Below are positions 24,401-33,900 of a stretch of DNA of 57,318 nt, piece after piece. The position numbers and the translations under genes are program-made. Location: contig NW_024705274.1 of assembly GCF_018977255.1 (NCBI RefSeq), positions 1-57,318 on the forward strand, read 5' to 3'. Position 1 is the stretch's first letter. Each line of letters begins with the position of its first letter. The stretch is from Callorhinchus milii. Taxonomy: Eukaryota. The notes under the pieces are model-generated. The model was not told the origin of the DNA. It did not search any database and saw only the letters and a program-made list of their open reading frames with translations.

Positions 24401-24474
24401 AGGCTGCTGCCGGCCTGCTGCACGGCCTGCATGCTTGACGTGATGGTGCCCATCAACGCTTGCTGATTTGTTGA
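351..24474 (-). CDS. TLN2: Talin (TLN1/TLN2 family, on balance closer to talin-2); partial multi-exon gene, 30 exons, rod domains R1-R10; head and C-terminus lie outside the visible contig
   Basis: Spliced minus-strand exons translate to recognisable talin rod sequence in colinear order (e.g. QQALMGTITSSMQAVQQA, KHEIHSQVDAI, AATQCALSTSQLVACTK, VLSAATIVAKHTSALCNACRLASSKT, LDQTKTLAESALQ). All have AG/GT boundaries and phases join from exon to exon once the noted deletions are restored. Paralogue symbol is tentative. Confidence 0.97.
843..942 (-). CDS. TLN2: talin exon (R10) MDEG...FVDYQTTMVKTAKAIAVTAQEM; about 2 nt missing in 910-935
   Basis: tag| ... |gtggga; 100 nt rather than 102. Confidence 0.88.
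1132..1277 (-). CDS. TLN2: talin exon (R9/R10) ALNAHEAIQEASQMMREAVDDLTATLNETASELGM(V)SGMVDAISQAIGK; apparent 1-nt deletion at ~1173
   Basis: cag| ... |gtgagc; 146 nt rather than 147. Confidence 0.9.
1474..1641 (-). CDS. TLN2: talin exon (R9) VSQMASYFDPLVFA(A)VGMASKSLSHQQQMNLLDQTKTLAESALQLLYAAKEAG(G)NP(K); about three 1-nt deletions
   Basis: 168 nt rather than 171; frame breaks at ~1599, ~1482 and at the donor. Confidence 0.85.
1922..2027 (+). mobile_element. Diverged copy of the same pLTR-like repeat with a hammerhead-like core
   Basis: ccac-CTGAGGA...GAAAC-GTC-gtg at 1925-1966, followed by an AT tract and ctacgtgactttaccgaaagaaccaa. Confidence 0.65.
2120..2221 (-). CDS. TLN2: talin exon (R9) GLQEQLISTVQQISNTIDPVATVARGEASQLGHK
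   Basis: cag| ... |gtaccg; 102 nt. Confidence 0.93.
2957..3088 (-). CDS. TLN2: talin exon (R9) DGA(P)GQKECDKAIAVLDDCLRELDQAGLAAASQSLAPREGVSVE; apparent 1-nt deletion at ~3074-3080
   Basis: cag| ... |gtgggg; 132 nt rather than 133. Confidence 0.9.
3204..3384 (-). CDS. TLN2: talin exon (R7) GRRAQEPIVAAGKTML...SP(K)DPPTWSKLAGHSRSVSDSIKKLITSI(R); apparent 1-nt deletion at ~3283-3285
   Basis: cag| ... |gtgctg; 181 nt rather than 182. Confidence 0.9.
3638..3710 (-). repeat. Fragment of the same tRNA-SINE body
   Basis: gactcaatttaaggctgagtcgactattggaggtccagaacacgttctgata resembles 6110-6165. Confidence 0.5.
3813..4111 (-). mobile_element. Penelope-like retroelement remnant: one pLTR-like unit (3813-3964, minus) preceded by an inverted partial copy (~3982-4111)
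   Basis: Unit reads CTGAAGACGGC...GCCGAAACGTCG, AT-rich tract, CGTGACTTTACCGAAAGAACCAAGAAGA...CTGCAGTCACGAAAGCTTTAAA. Hammerhead-bearing pLTRs with an inverted partial copy are a known Penelope-like architecture. Family assignment is by motif, not by database search. Confidence 0.7.
3917..3964 (-). ncRNA. Minimal type I hammerhead ribozyme-like motif
   Basis: tctccac-CTGAAGA-c-ggctgc(ttgcgtt)gtggcc-GAAA-c-GTC-gtgaga: both core boxes, a 6-bp stem II with G-U pairs, palindromic ACGT as stem III, and stem I cac/gtg. Confidence 0.65.
4125..4321 (+). repeat. Two further tandem partial copies of the pLTR 3' segment
   Basis: acgtgacttaaccgaaagaaccaaagaa at ~4158 and tattttccttctacgtgactttaccgaaagaaccaagaaga at ~4280-4320. 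Confidence 0.75.
5015..5154 (-). CDS. TLN2: talin exon (R8/R7) ALDGDFSDGNREKC...NPEFSSI(P)ASISEE; apparent 1-nt deletion at ~5033-5035
   Basis: cag| ... |gtgaac; 140 nt rather than 141. Confidence 0.9.
5270..5431 (-). CDS. TLN2: talin exon (R8) VLSAATIVAKHTSALCNACRLASSKT...ANLVKTIK
   Basis: cag| ... |gtgcgt; 162 nt. Confidence 0.95.
6010..6252 (-). mobile_element. tRNA-derived SINE, copy 1
   Basis: Minus-strand head gtgaggagcggtagtgtagtggttagc...gagttcgattcccg carries Pol III A and B boxes; body shared with the neighbouring copy; 3' boundary approximate. Confidence 0.75.
6325..6537 (-). mobile_element. tRNA-derived SINE, copy 2 (small deletion in head)
   Basis: ggtactaatttggggctgagtctacctagggggaggcc...ggaatcgaacccgggtcgcc...ctacactaccgctcctcac matches copy 1. 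Confidence 0.75.
6579..6722 (-). CDS. TLN2: talin exon (R7/R8) SAYLVGVSDPNSQAGQPGLVDPGQFARANQAIQMACQNLVDPASNQSQ
   Basis: cag| ... |gtaagt; 144 nt. Confidence 0.95.
7176..7297 (-). CDS. TLN2: talin exon (R7) VLGEAMQGVSQNAKTSNLPAFG(E)AISSASKALCGLTEAASQ; apparent 1-nt deletion at ~7232-7234
   Basis: 122 nt rather than 123; adding one G to the G run restores the talin frame. Confidence 0.9.
7421..7510 (-). CDS. TLN2: talin exon (R7) TVKGMLDNPSEPVNDLSYFECIDSLMENSK
   Basis: cag| ... |gtgtgg; 90 nt. Confidence 0.94.
8015..8125 (+). mobile_element. 3' fragment of the V-SINE-like family, opposite orientation
   Basis: gagctatcatttgtggcaaggtcgtttctgaaaaag...tagctcagtgggctttacctgg is the reverse complement of ~22375-22445. 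Confidence 0.68.
8189..8282 (-). CDS. TLN2: talin exon (R6/R7) AVTDSINQLITMCTQQAPGQNECDNALRELE
   Basis: cag| ... |gtatgg; 94 nt, phase 2-0. Confidence 0.94.
9485..9624 (-). CDS. TLN2: talin exon (R6) TKEDQVQVVGNLKSISMSSSKLLLAAK...QLAAAA(R)
   Basis: cag| ... |gtgcgc; 140 nt, phase 0-2. Confidence 0.93.
9967..10164 (-). CDS. TLN2: talin exon (R6) IPRSGSSFQEAQGNLNDAAAGLN...IDMAGQAK
   Basis: cag| ... |gtgcgt; 198 nt. Confidence 0.93.
10168..10200. repeat. (CAG/CAA/CGA)n microsatellite abutting a splice acceptor
   Basis: gcagcaacaacgacgacgacgacgacaacgaca. Confidence 0.75.
10520..10639 (-). CDS. TLN2: talin exon (R5/R6) VAKAVSGALGKCVGCLPGQQDVDTALRSLADQSKKLLSDT
   Basis: cag| ... |gtgagc; 120 nt. 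Confidence 0.93.
11412..11620 (-). CDS. TLN2: talin exon (R5) GIAARDTAQALKQLAAAARG...PGDPINQQRLAQ
   Basis: cag| ... |gtccga; 209 nt, phase 1-0. Confidence 0.92.
11818..11920 (-). CDS. TLN2: talin exon (R5) LEKCAQDLGATSKTVGSSMAQVMTAASQGNENYT(G)
   Basis: aag| ... |gtgcgg; 103 nt, phase 0-1. Confidence 0.93.
12320..12425. repeat. Rearranged fragment of the same pLTR-like family
   Basis: tctttcggtaaagtcac (minus orientation), followed by cctgcagtcacgaaagctttaa (plus orientation). Confidence 0.65.
13232..13360 (-). CDS. TLN2: talin exon (R5) AQDACGTLEIDSALDLVRSLEAELQEAKVAAADGKLHPLPGET
   Basis: cag| ... |gtacgg; 129 nt. Confidence 0.93.
13385..13670 (-). mobile_element. V-SINE-like element
   Basis: Minus strand: tRNA-like head (gtggcgagatgtt...gagtttgatcccg), then ggagtttgcatattctccctgcgg..., matching the V-domain consensus GGAGTTTGCATGTTCTCCCCGTG as I recall it. 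Confidence 0.72.
14758..14892 (-). CDS. TLN2: talin exon (R4) PGTKMVAAAKASVPTVTDQASSMQLGQCAKNLATCLAELRTAAQK
   Basis: cag| ... |gtgggg; 135 nt. Confidence 0.94.
16695..16745 (-). repeat. Short SINE central-domain fragment
   Basis: ggaggaaacctgagtatacagagaaaacccac resembles the reverse complement of GTGGGTTTTCTCCGGGTACTCCGGTTTCCTCC. Confidence 0.45.
16941..17054 (-). CDS. TLN2: talin exon (R4) NVADHVPQLVQGWRGSQSQPDSPSAQLALITASHNFLQ
   Basis: cag| ... |gtaccg; 114 nt. Confidence 0.92.
17305..17500. repeat. Degenerate trinucleotide low-complexity tract (TGA/TGC/TGT/TGG)
   Basis: tgatgctgttgctgctgatgattgtggtggtag... Confidence 0.7.
17605..17718 (-). CDS. TLN2: talin exon (R4) VAARQAAAAASQAIAAATQAAASNKNPANQQQLVSCSK
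   Basis: cag| ... |gtgagg; 114 nt; SNKNPA motif is talin-2-like. Confidence 0.92.
18112..18240 (-). CDS. TLN2: talin exon (R3/R4) GAAANPESEEQQQRLQEAAEGLRVATNIAAQNAIRKKLVHRLE
   Basis: cag| ... |gtgcgc; 129 nt. Confidence 0.94.
18426..18692. repeat. ~270-bp interspersed repeat, copy A
   Basis: Direct-orientation similarity to 20981-21250 along its whole length. Confidence 0.85.
18953..19119 (-). CDS. TLN2: talin exon (R3) GEMVKQARLLAQATSDL...ATAKMVEAAK
   Basis: cag| ... |gtcaga; 167 nt, phase 1-0. Confidence 0.94.
19711..20005 (-). CDS. TLN2: talin exon (R2/R3) VVGPTMDSPVCQEQL...IFSSTGNA(G)
   Basis: cag| ... |gtgacc; 295 nt, phase 0-1. Confidence 0.94.
20661..20828 (-). CDS. TLN2: talin exon (R2) DVLNQLAKAVANAAAGLVLKAK...STSQLVACTK
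   Basis: cag| ... |gtgcct; 168 nt. Confidence 0.94.
20981..21250. repeat. ~270-bp interspersed repeat, copy B
   Basis: Shares ctcttcgtagcttggcgctt, ccaaccgattcctaaaca, tagtggagccagtcaagcca and atgtcccacaaagtggt with copy A. Confidence 0.85.
22355..22645 (-). mobile_element. V-SINE-like element, second copy
   Basis: Colinear similarity to 13385-13670 (actgagctacatagctc, cacaaatgatagc, gaagtggcttatc, tgcaaact, cctgcatacc). Confidence 0.72.
22731..22829 (-). CDS. TLN2: talin exon (R1/R2) PRQAVLTAASTVGRSSNNLLKQIGQQGVDQQFQ
   Basis: cag| ... |gttagg; 99 nt; not captured in frame by the ORF track. Confidence 0.9.
23294..23502 (-). CDS. TLN2: talin exon (R1) GDAADTDYTAVGCAVVTISSNLTEMSRGV...VQPSSTE
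   Basis: cag| ... |gtgagg; 209 nt, phase 1-0. Confidence 0.93.
23960..24068 (-). CDS. TLN2: talin exon (R1) ASKAWRQYKMDQAKHEIHSQVDAINASTASCINLTS(G)
   Basis: cag| ... |gtcagc; 109 nt, phase 0-1. Confidence 0.93.
24361..24474 (-). CDS. TLN2: talin exon (start of R1) STNQQALMGTITSSMQAVQQAGSSLDEMDALPPLGQDK
   Basis: cag| ... |gtcagg; 114 nt, phase 0-0. Confidence 0.93.
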
Positions 24475-24889
24475 CTGTGTGGAAAGGGGAAGACACATGA
24501 CACGCAGGTATAGATATAAGCAGGGTTCAGCAGCCATATCTCAAAAGTCAGAGCGCTGAGCCAGGCATTCTGTAGAATCTGGGGTCGAATTTGGGTTTCA
24601 GTCACCCGTCTTTAACCTGGGGTTTCTGAAGTGTAGCGGAGGAGATGATGGTCTCAGCCTCACTAATAATTGGAGAAAAACGTCATTCCATTGAATATGA
24701 TGTTTGTCTAATTTGTATCAATTTAAGATTTGTGAATTAAAAATATTAGTTTGGCTGATACGCAAATAAAAATATCTGTTGCAAGGCGTGTGGTTAAAAC
24801 ATATTTTTAAGAATCTCTTAAGTAGCTCTTCCATGGGCCATTCTCTCATATGGATTGATGTAGTCATCGTCAAGAGTTACAAATGCATC

Positions 24890-24919
24890 NNNNNNNNNNN
24901 NNNNNNNNNNNNNNNNNNN
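24890..24919. other. 30-N gap or junction
   Basis: Run of 30 n. Confidence 0.99.
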
Positions 24920-27900
24920 CACGCATGCTACTGCGCGACTGCTATGTGAGCTGGGATTAGTTTTCTCTCAAGTTCGCAGACCTGCACCCACCTTGGGACT
25001 CCTTTTGTAGCATACACTCGATCGAACTTCAAGATAGGTTGCGGAAATGTGACCTGCCCGTTGAGTACCGTTATAGGAGTAGGGAAGTGCTTATGAATGA
25101 TAAGATTTTCCCTGCTTGATAAATGTGCACGAGTCCATTCGTGAATTTTAGACCTGCCTCGCTGCATGGTATGCTCTAACCCGCGAAATCAAACTGAGGC
25201 CTTTGACGCAATATGTTTGTCTAGGGTTAGGATCGGGGCACTCTCAGTTATCACTTCCGGAACTTAGAGGACCCCGGTTCGGGTTACAGGGTAGGAACTG
25301 CGGTTGTCGTGTCAGACCTTGAGGACCTCGAAGAAACATGTGAGCACACATAGGATAGTCGTATTCGAAGCAAGAGGCCGACCGGGAACGTTATAAGCGG
25401 GGACTGGGTCCGGCGTCAGTGCGTGCGAGTCTTTCTGCATGATCTATCGTGGTTTCGAGCGTTAGGCGGGTAGTGGTACCTCACTGGCGACCGAATTAAG
25501 GTGTTATTAAGGCATGGAGGTCTTGATGATGCCATACACCCTCGCGCTTTGAGTGTCGCACTGATATTACGCTGCATTCCGGTACTCCTGAACTTAACTG
25601 TCGATGGCACTAACAGGTGTGAGTTAGAACGTCTTGAGCTGGGTAATGTTGCATGCTAGTGAGGGAGAGAAGGCACATAGCAATCGGAGGTGTGATATAC
25701 TGGAGAAGAGAGTCGGGCAACGGATAAGGTGAGAGTCTGCTGCTGCGTCTTCGTCAGGGACGCTGGTATCAACAAGCGGTACTACGTAGTCGCTGACTTA
25801 GCGATTCCGGTTCCAATTTATAGTGTATTCGACGAACGTTCTGTTAAAGACTGAGGCCGTCGAGCCTTTTTAGAGAGCTGTTTGTCAGCTTAAATTCCGG
25901 CGTCTTGGGCGCCCGGCCTAAGACCACAACAGAACGAGGGTGAACTTCGCCCGGAAAACAACTTGCCACGTACATACTATTGCTGATCTGGTTGTGGGAG
26001 GAGGTGCCCGTCACCCATCTCCGGATGTCCATCCTTCGACCAAAGATCTGGCGACACGGGTCTCGCTAGGGACATGGAAAGCGAGACGCGCTCCCAACAG
26101 GGTTTTTTGCAGAGGCCTTCCACTTCAGAATTAACCAAAGGCGTTATCGGGATTCGCGATAAATCTTCTGGCAACGATCTAATGGATTGGCCGTCGGTAT
26201 CTCGTAGATGGGCGCTAGTGGTTCGCCTCAGCCCCATATGGTTAACCTTTGCTTATTGACGCCTCTCCTAGATAGTAGCTACCATACACAATTCGAGTTG
26301 GTCCACCGTGGTCCAGACAGTCGGGCGTGTTTGTTAAACTATATGCGAGCGACGGGTTTGATCCTCGACCCAGGTACCGATTTCAGCGAAATAGACTTAC
26401 GCACCGAGACACTGTGACGTTCCCGCTGCTCTCGAGGGTCCACTAGTTACCTAATCTGATAGCCCTGTGCTCTCACGCTATCATTACCAGCTCGCATGGC
26501 TATCGTTTTAGAGTGAACCCGCGGCTAACAGCTATACCCCTCTCCCTTTAAGTACTTCACAGGGGACTCTATTGTGTTTTAGGTCCTTACACGCGTGGTC
26601 ATAGAGTGCTGAACTTTCTACCACATTAAGCCACTCCCGGGTATAGAATAGGAATACATTCCGTATCATGATGATCTCACAGCACCAAACCCGAGATTAC
26701 CCCCAGACAGTGACCCTCGATAAGATAGGCAGACAATCAATTAACGCCAGCTCGGAGTCTTAAGTGAATTTCGCTATGGCGCGGACGTGTGGGTCGGGTT
26801 CGCACAGGGGGTTTTGGAGTTACGTAGCGTTTCCTCTATTTGTGAACGCAGCCGCACGTTGTGTCCATCCCGACGAGTGGGCGAAGTGTCACTATGACGC
26901 TTGTGTGGGGAATGCGATTCGTTAGCGCGGGTACTGCGTTCAATAGCTTTAATCATAGCCCGTACACGGTGGGAGAGGTCACTACATTTAGTATGGAAAT
27001 CAGCCGTATATAATACTTCCAAATCACCCTAGGCTTGCCATGTCACGACGTTGTACCCGAAACGGGTAGTGTTGTCCTTGGACGCCGCCGCGTCGCTTTG
27101 CTCGGAGCAAGAACCAACTGAACGTATACTCGTCTCAATCTAGCGAGTAAGAAGAAGTGAACGCGAAATAAGGAGACAGGACAATGATCTCTGCAGTTAC
27201 AACTCTCGGGCCGCGACACACGTCTTAAGGTTGGCATCCCCACATGGTCATAGTTTAGTCCTTTACGGGTGACAAGGCGTGTCGTTCCGAAGCTTACTAA
27301 GTACACCCGATATGAAGCCTCATGGACGACTCACCCAGTGTTCCGCCGTCTCATTAATCAGGCTCACTCGTATGTACAAGAACGTCCCCTTCGATGCACC
27401 AGCACGTATCGGACCTGGTCGCTGTGTCTGCCCGTATCACTGTCGCTGGCACGACACTTTGAATCAAACGCCAAAACCCAGCAAGGCTTACTAACAACGC
27501 TGGAAAGGAGAATTTTCAGTTGGTACGATCGGATGGATATTTGCCGGTAGTGGGGTGACTAGCTATTTGCGACCACTGCCAAGTGTCCTAATTGACGTGG
27601 TGCTGTAGCCAGTTTTCTGCCGATCATCAAGATTGGATCTCTGGTGTCGTCATTGCGCGTGAGGCGTCATCGCGCCAGCGCGGAGTGAATAGTACCCAGC
27701 CGTGCGGATGGATTCGTCTCGACTTCCACGCACCGTATGTGCATATTAGAGGGTCTACCTCGCCATTAACAGGGCGTGAAGTTGCCTAGGTGGGTCATCA
27801 CTAAGCAGTGGCGAGCTGCATTAAATACGATAGGTACGACTTAGAATTCCTTATTTGATACGATAAAGAATCTTGACCATCCGTCTGAAAATGTTTCTTG

Positions 27901-30900
27901 TCAACTCGCCACTGTATAGTCAGCCAACGACAAACCGTAAGAAGATGTTTCTATCATTTTTGTCCGGGGTCTCAGACTGCGCCAGCTTCGTACTTTGGTT
28001 AAAAGTAACCATGCTTTCGAACTACCAACGGAGAAGTCGGATTTGCTGCCGTACCTTTAAATTTTAGGGCATGAGTATGAGAGAAGAAGTCATGGAACGC
28101 GGTCACTTCGGCTGGAAAGTGACCATAGTACTCCCTCTCCCAAGTGTTTTCGCACTAGTATGTACCACAGCTTATCATCTTGGTAGATTGCTAACCCCTG
28201 TTTACGATGGCGTTTTGGGTGAATGTGCTTTAGTGGGGTAATTCACATAATAAGTACACCCCAAAACTAGATCGGCCACTAATTGCCCATCACCTACGTC
28301 TATCGCAGGGGGACAGGCGCACTCCAAACGCGCGGTACTTAGTCGAAGCCGACTACGTCTGGCAGAGACGGTCTCGCCTCCTGGGCCTTGTCCCTGTGGG
28401 CCGGTGAGTTGGCGCGATGAGGTCAGTCGTAGCGCATGTTGTTTAACTCAAGAGGAAGACTTTATATTATACCTGGCGCCGCCGATGAACGTGGTCCAGG
28501 CATGGTCAGCGCATGCGGGCGAGCGCGCCCCGATCCCCACCAATGCTTTGAGGTACCATGATCAAATCCGCCTTAGCAGCCAGACCCATTTTGTCCGAGA
28601 GACTGACGCGACTCCCACAACAACTGCTTCTACATAGTGGCGCACAGCGTCAAGCAAATCCCGGCCTATGAAATAGCACGGATACATGAGGAAGGTATGG
28701 GTACTTACGCAGTACGAGCGACTACCCCCTAGCTACAGCATCCAAAGTGTGACAGCCCCCACGGTGCGATAACTAGTTAAACAGCGAGAATAGGTGCCAC
28801 TCAACTGGTGGAGGCTCTGAATTATTAAGGATAGCGTTAGTACCGAGTAGGTGGGAAGGTCCAGATACATCTACTAAAATACCGCGTCGTGCCTCGCTTG
28901 CTAAGGTATTACTTTTCGTAAATCAATTAACAGCTGCGTGTAACTACCAATAGGTTCGTTGGTAAACGTAAAGAACAACATTCAACAGTTGGCCAGGACT
29001 CCAGTGTCAGTGTGTAATAACACTGATTCGTCGTGATTAGTAACCTCATCGATTTTCGAAGTAACACTTTGCCTGGACTTAGCTCCCACACTGACTGCAA
29101 TATGTAAGTCACGCAGCAGACCCGAACGCTAACGTGACTCTCGAAGCTCTACCTCTGATCTTGCTGAGCTCTTCTTGCCCTTTTAACAGACGATTGGCTA
29201 GCGCTCACACCGCATTGCCTGTAAACCTGGTGGGGCGTCGCATTTATTCTGTTACGTAGCTCTACGTATGGGGGTGGTTTTAGTAGCTGATGCAAGTAGC
29301 CCGGTTGAGAACGTCAACCCATGCAACATATGTGACAATCGCATGGGCAAGAGTAAGCGAAGACGAACCGACTAGTGTTACATTCCATCTACGGTCAAGT
29401 GTGGGTGCTACTAAAACAAGCTTGAAGATGCTTAACTAAAATGTATTAGTCGGACAGATAACAGCCATAAGAATGTCCACGTAATGGCTTATGTATTCAG
29501 TGATTTAACAGCCTTCCCTGATGCAAATACATGGACGCATGTTTCGGCGACCCAGTTGGGAACGACGGGAGATCAGGAGTTCATACGTCGCACTTTAATT
29601 TCTGCGAGTGATGGGGTGTGGACAAGGTAGAGTAAACAGGATTTGACAAAATAAGCTGTGGGAAGGAAGTGTTACAAACGATAATGGGCGAATGAAATTC
29701 TAATGGGGGGGCTAAAAGCAGCCATGAGCGTTAGCAGGTTCCCTTTGCTAATGATCTTTCATCCACTTAAGGCCTACGGCTACTCCCCCACATCCCAATA
29801 GTGAATAGCGTTCTATTTCACACCGAAATTCTGAGCCTCGTCTTCGAGTTCAAATAACTGATAATTTAACAGTGTCCTGTGATGATGTTTAGTGCGGATT
29901 TCGCGATCGCTTAATAATGCGCCTATTAGATCTCCTCTTGCTTGAATGACCGTTAGATCTGAGTTCTGTTGGGAATTAGTTATGGTGGGTCCCACGAGGT
30001 GATAAAAAACGTGTCGTCGCAAGCAAATCGTCCGGTGAGGTACTAGGCGGCGGGAACTACAGCCGTTCAGAACCGAGTACCGGTCACTAGATAACAGGAT
30101 TGATATTGAGCCAGTACCAACGCTGAAGATTGCTTAGACTTGGTTCATCTAGATCGACCATCGCTAGGTGTCTTCCACTTTCGATTCTAAACGCAATCGT
30201 GCGGAACAAACTCAGCAGACGCATTGTTAATGAACACGTCATCACAGGGCAATAGAAAGATAAAGAACCAGTTGTCAAGTTACTCGCCCCTGTCCCCGTC
30301 GCTAGCAAATATTAAGAACCTGCGGTACCAACTCGTGGTGCCGTAAGCGTTGGGGACAATCAATGGACTCGTCTCGCTGTGCAAGCTATGTGGGAACTAT
30401 CATTATCTATAGCTCTCCCTCGGTTTGCTGTCGTACTTAGAATTACGGAATCTTAACACTCCATAGTCGCGTCACGTGAAGGTCGCACGTAGAAGGGGCA
30501 CTGCCTTATAGGTTACGGGCTGATCTGGTTGGGGACTGGGTTACCGGTAGCAAGAGATCTTCTTCATTTGGTTTAAGCGTAAAATGGTATGCTGGTAGTA
30601 CAGATTGGAGTGCGTGCGGGCGACGTTGGATCACATAGCAAGATTCGTATGCAAATGACAACTTGGGGCCACCGTTACCTGGATTGAAAAATATTACATC
30701 AGCGTTGAAGTTACCAAAGCGCCCGCCAGCTGTCTACAAAGTCTCGCTCTCGATTAAACACCTGCCTGTGGTCATTTAGGGACTAGCGTTTATACCAAGT
30801 GTGCCGCCGCATCCTTCGTTTCACGTGTCTTCGGCAAAGAAATCCGAAGAGGATACAACCTAAGTCAGGGAAAATGCTAATATGCCTTACTCCCTGGGCT

Positions 30901-33900
30901 ACGGCATTGATATGTGGCTATGGCGGTTTTGGGCGTTGACAGCCTAGAGGAAAACCTATGTCCGCTGTAGAAAGTGGATTGTCCTGTTTCCGAAGGGTAT
31001 GACACAGGACTCGTGCCTACCGGAAGCAGTCCGTAGACGGGCGAGGGACGGTACATTGAAAGAGGTACTCGGCGAAGATAGCTACATATGCATCTGCTGG
31101 TCTTTATGCAAGCTGAACGACTCACTAACTCCCCTTCCATCGATTCAATATAGGCTAGATCGTGGGCGTTAACCGATTCTAAACAGCGACTCGGAATCTC
31201 TGGTTGACGAAAGATTGGCTAACTAGACTAGGCCCATAGACCACAGAACATGAACCCCCACGGGCTCGGGTGCTTGCGCAATGCGTAAATTCCTAAGTGG
31301 TCACTGTACTTATAACTTATTTCGAGCTTCCGAATAAATGACGATAAGCATATATCGTCGACAAGTGGCCACATATTGGAAATGCGTACCCGTGGCTGTA
31401 TTTATATTGAAAGATTTGATGCAACAGGTCGGTAGGGTTGGACTTCGTCCAGCTTTGAAGATTTACCCTATGCGTCCACCACACTATATAGGGGCCGAAG
31501 GTTTGTGTGATTTGAGCCCTATGTTTAAGAAAAGTATTACAACGACGAATTACCGGGCTCTTCCTGTCTGAGTACACAGTGCAGTAGGTTTCTTAGCGCT
31601 ACTTAGAATTTGTTGCGGTGACCCTCATATGTGTGCCAACGATCAGTGTTATAGCGAGGATTGCGCATCTACGTTCAGATGCTAGGTGTTGCGCGTATAC
31701 ATGGTAGGTCTGCGACTGTGTTTGTTTTATATAATGTATACAGAATCTCGTGTAGAGAGTCTAGATAAGCGAGAGACGCTAGCTGATAAGGGACCGGCCT
31801 GATGAAATCTGTAATTTGAGGGATGTCGAAAGGGTAAAGGTCTAGGTCAAAAACTGACTCGCTGTGTCACTTGAGAATTCTCTGGCCCTCACTACCATTA
31901 GGTACGAAAAAACTAAGACATGGGTACGCAAAATAATGGGGATCATCAGCGTGACACCAAAGGTAGGGACTTATGGGGGGCTGTTTCGGTCTCCGTAAGG
32001 CAAAATTTAGGAGGAGTATTCACTTTGACAGACGCCTATGCTTACTTGAGTCGATATAACCGGCTCCACCCCTTCAGCAACCGACTGTTGATCGTAAGAT
32101 GGAACGTGCGACCGCCGACTTTATGGCAGCCGTCTCACAGTTTAGAGCACATTGACGTTCGTTTAAGAAAACGCCGAATTGATGATTGCAGCGGTTGCAA
32201 TACATGCAACTTGGTTACCATATTCAGATTCCACGCATGGGATCGTCGATAGCTACTGTCGTTAGCTACTTATGTGACGCCTCAGTGTAGCGCCGAGCGT
32301 CAATCTCTCGTACGTTTCTCGCTTAACCACTGCCGTCAGGAGAATAGTGTCCGAAGACATAAGAACGTGATTTACAGCCGTAAATAACCCACTTTACACA
32401 AGAGCGACCTGCGGTGCTAATAAGTAAGGTGGCTGTATACTAGGCGACTCTGACCACTGTTTAGTCGCCCCCGTTATTTGTCGACTACCCATCCGCAATT
32501 GGCAATTGTATTGCAAGGTTCATCGCTGATACCCTCACGTACCGAGTTTTATCTGACGCTCTAGACTCACGCAATGTCCGAATGCAAGACATAAGGTCGA
32601 ATTTGATGTATATCTTAAGCACAGTGCGACTAGCGTAGTAGGGAGAACAGTACACGTTCGCTAGTACCAGTCGCCATCCCTCTAGCATTCCACTTGAGCA
32701 TGCCAGCCGCGGATTATACACCCAATAGAAGTCTTATATGAGCCCCTCTCGCAAGTGCCAGGATATTACTCCGATGTGCGGCAGGCTGGTCTTTAAGAGT
32801 ATTTCTAGGTTAAGCACGCGGCACAGAAGTCATTGGCACCTGTCCATAATTGCCACGAACGAACAATCATAGCCATGCAGAAAACCAATATAGTGGATAG
32901 CTCAAATTGAAAACAAAATTAAACAGAATACAGATTGCACGAAAGTGTATTAGCAAGTAGATAGTGTTCCAAATCAAGTGACTTTACGAAGTACCTATTC
33001 TAGCACCTCCACACAGTAGCGGACACAAACTGACTATATAGCGGGGCCGTGCAAAACTATAAAACAAGTGAGGGACGATCCTAGCACGAAGAAATCCAAA
33101 GATACGAGTATATCATGATGAGACTGCGAAAACCTGAGACGTGGAGATGGGAATAATGGAATAAGTCGAAATGACCTGCACGATGGCGACGAATTCATGA
33201 ACCCAATACTCCGACGTTGTGAGTCGATGCAAACTGGCGACGAGAGCACCAAAGGATGACTGTAAACATGTGGAATCACGAAGGTCTGGGACATGGTAAT
33301 TTTACCCGGGGCCTAATTATACACTTGACGGGAGTACGTGGGTAGGTTTATCCAACTCCGCACGCAACTAAATAGTCACAGTAACAGTCCGCACTTCAGC
33401 CCTTGTGAGCGTTTTCAGGATTTGTTGTCCGTTGTGCCCGCGCTTCGTCCCCGGCAGGTCTTAAACACCGACCGGTCGGTGTTCCTGAGGCTAGCTTCAA
33501 GTACGAACTATGAGTTGTACTGTCAGACATAAGCCTACCCCTGAACAAAAGGAGAAGGGAGCTATGTTATACTTGGTACAACCACGGAAAGTTCGCACAT
33601 AGATCCGTAGAATCCCGCATAATGACTAATTTTCGTCTACTTCGGATACCTGAGGAGCTAGGTAAGATACAGCAGCTCCGTACTCAGGAAGAACAATACT
33701 CCATACTCCATTAGATGACTTGTATTATGTGCTTTATATCCTTTGCGAATCAGTAGCTCGGAGTTTAGTCTAGAGTATCTCCTACATACGTGTGTCTTGA
33801 CTATAATAGCACGTATTGTGGGACGTGGAACAGCAGAGGTCATATTCGCTGATTTTAACGCGGTTTGTGTTTTAGTCGCCAAGGGTCAGATGAGTAATCG

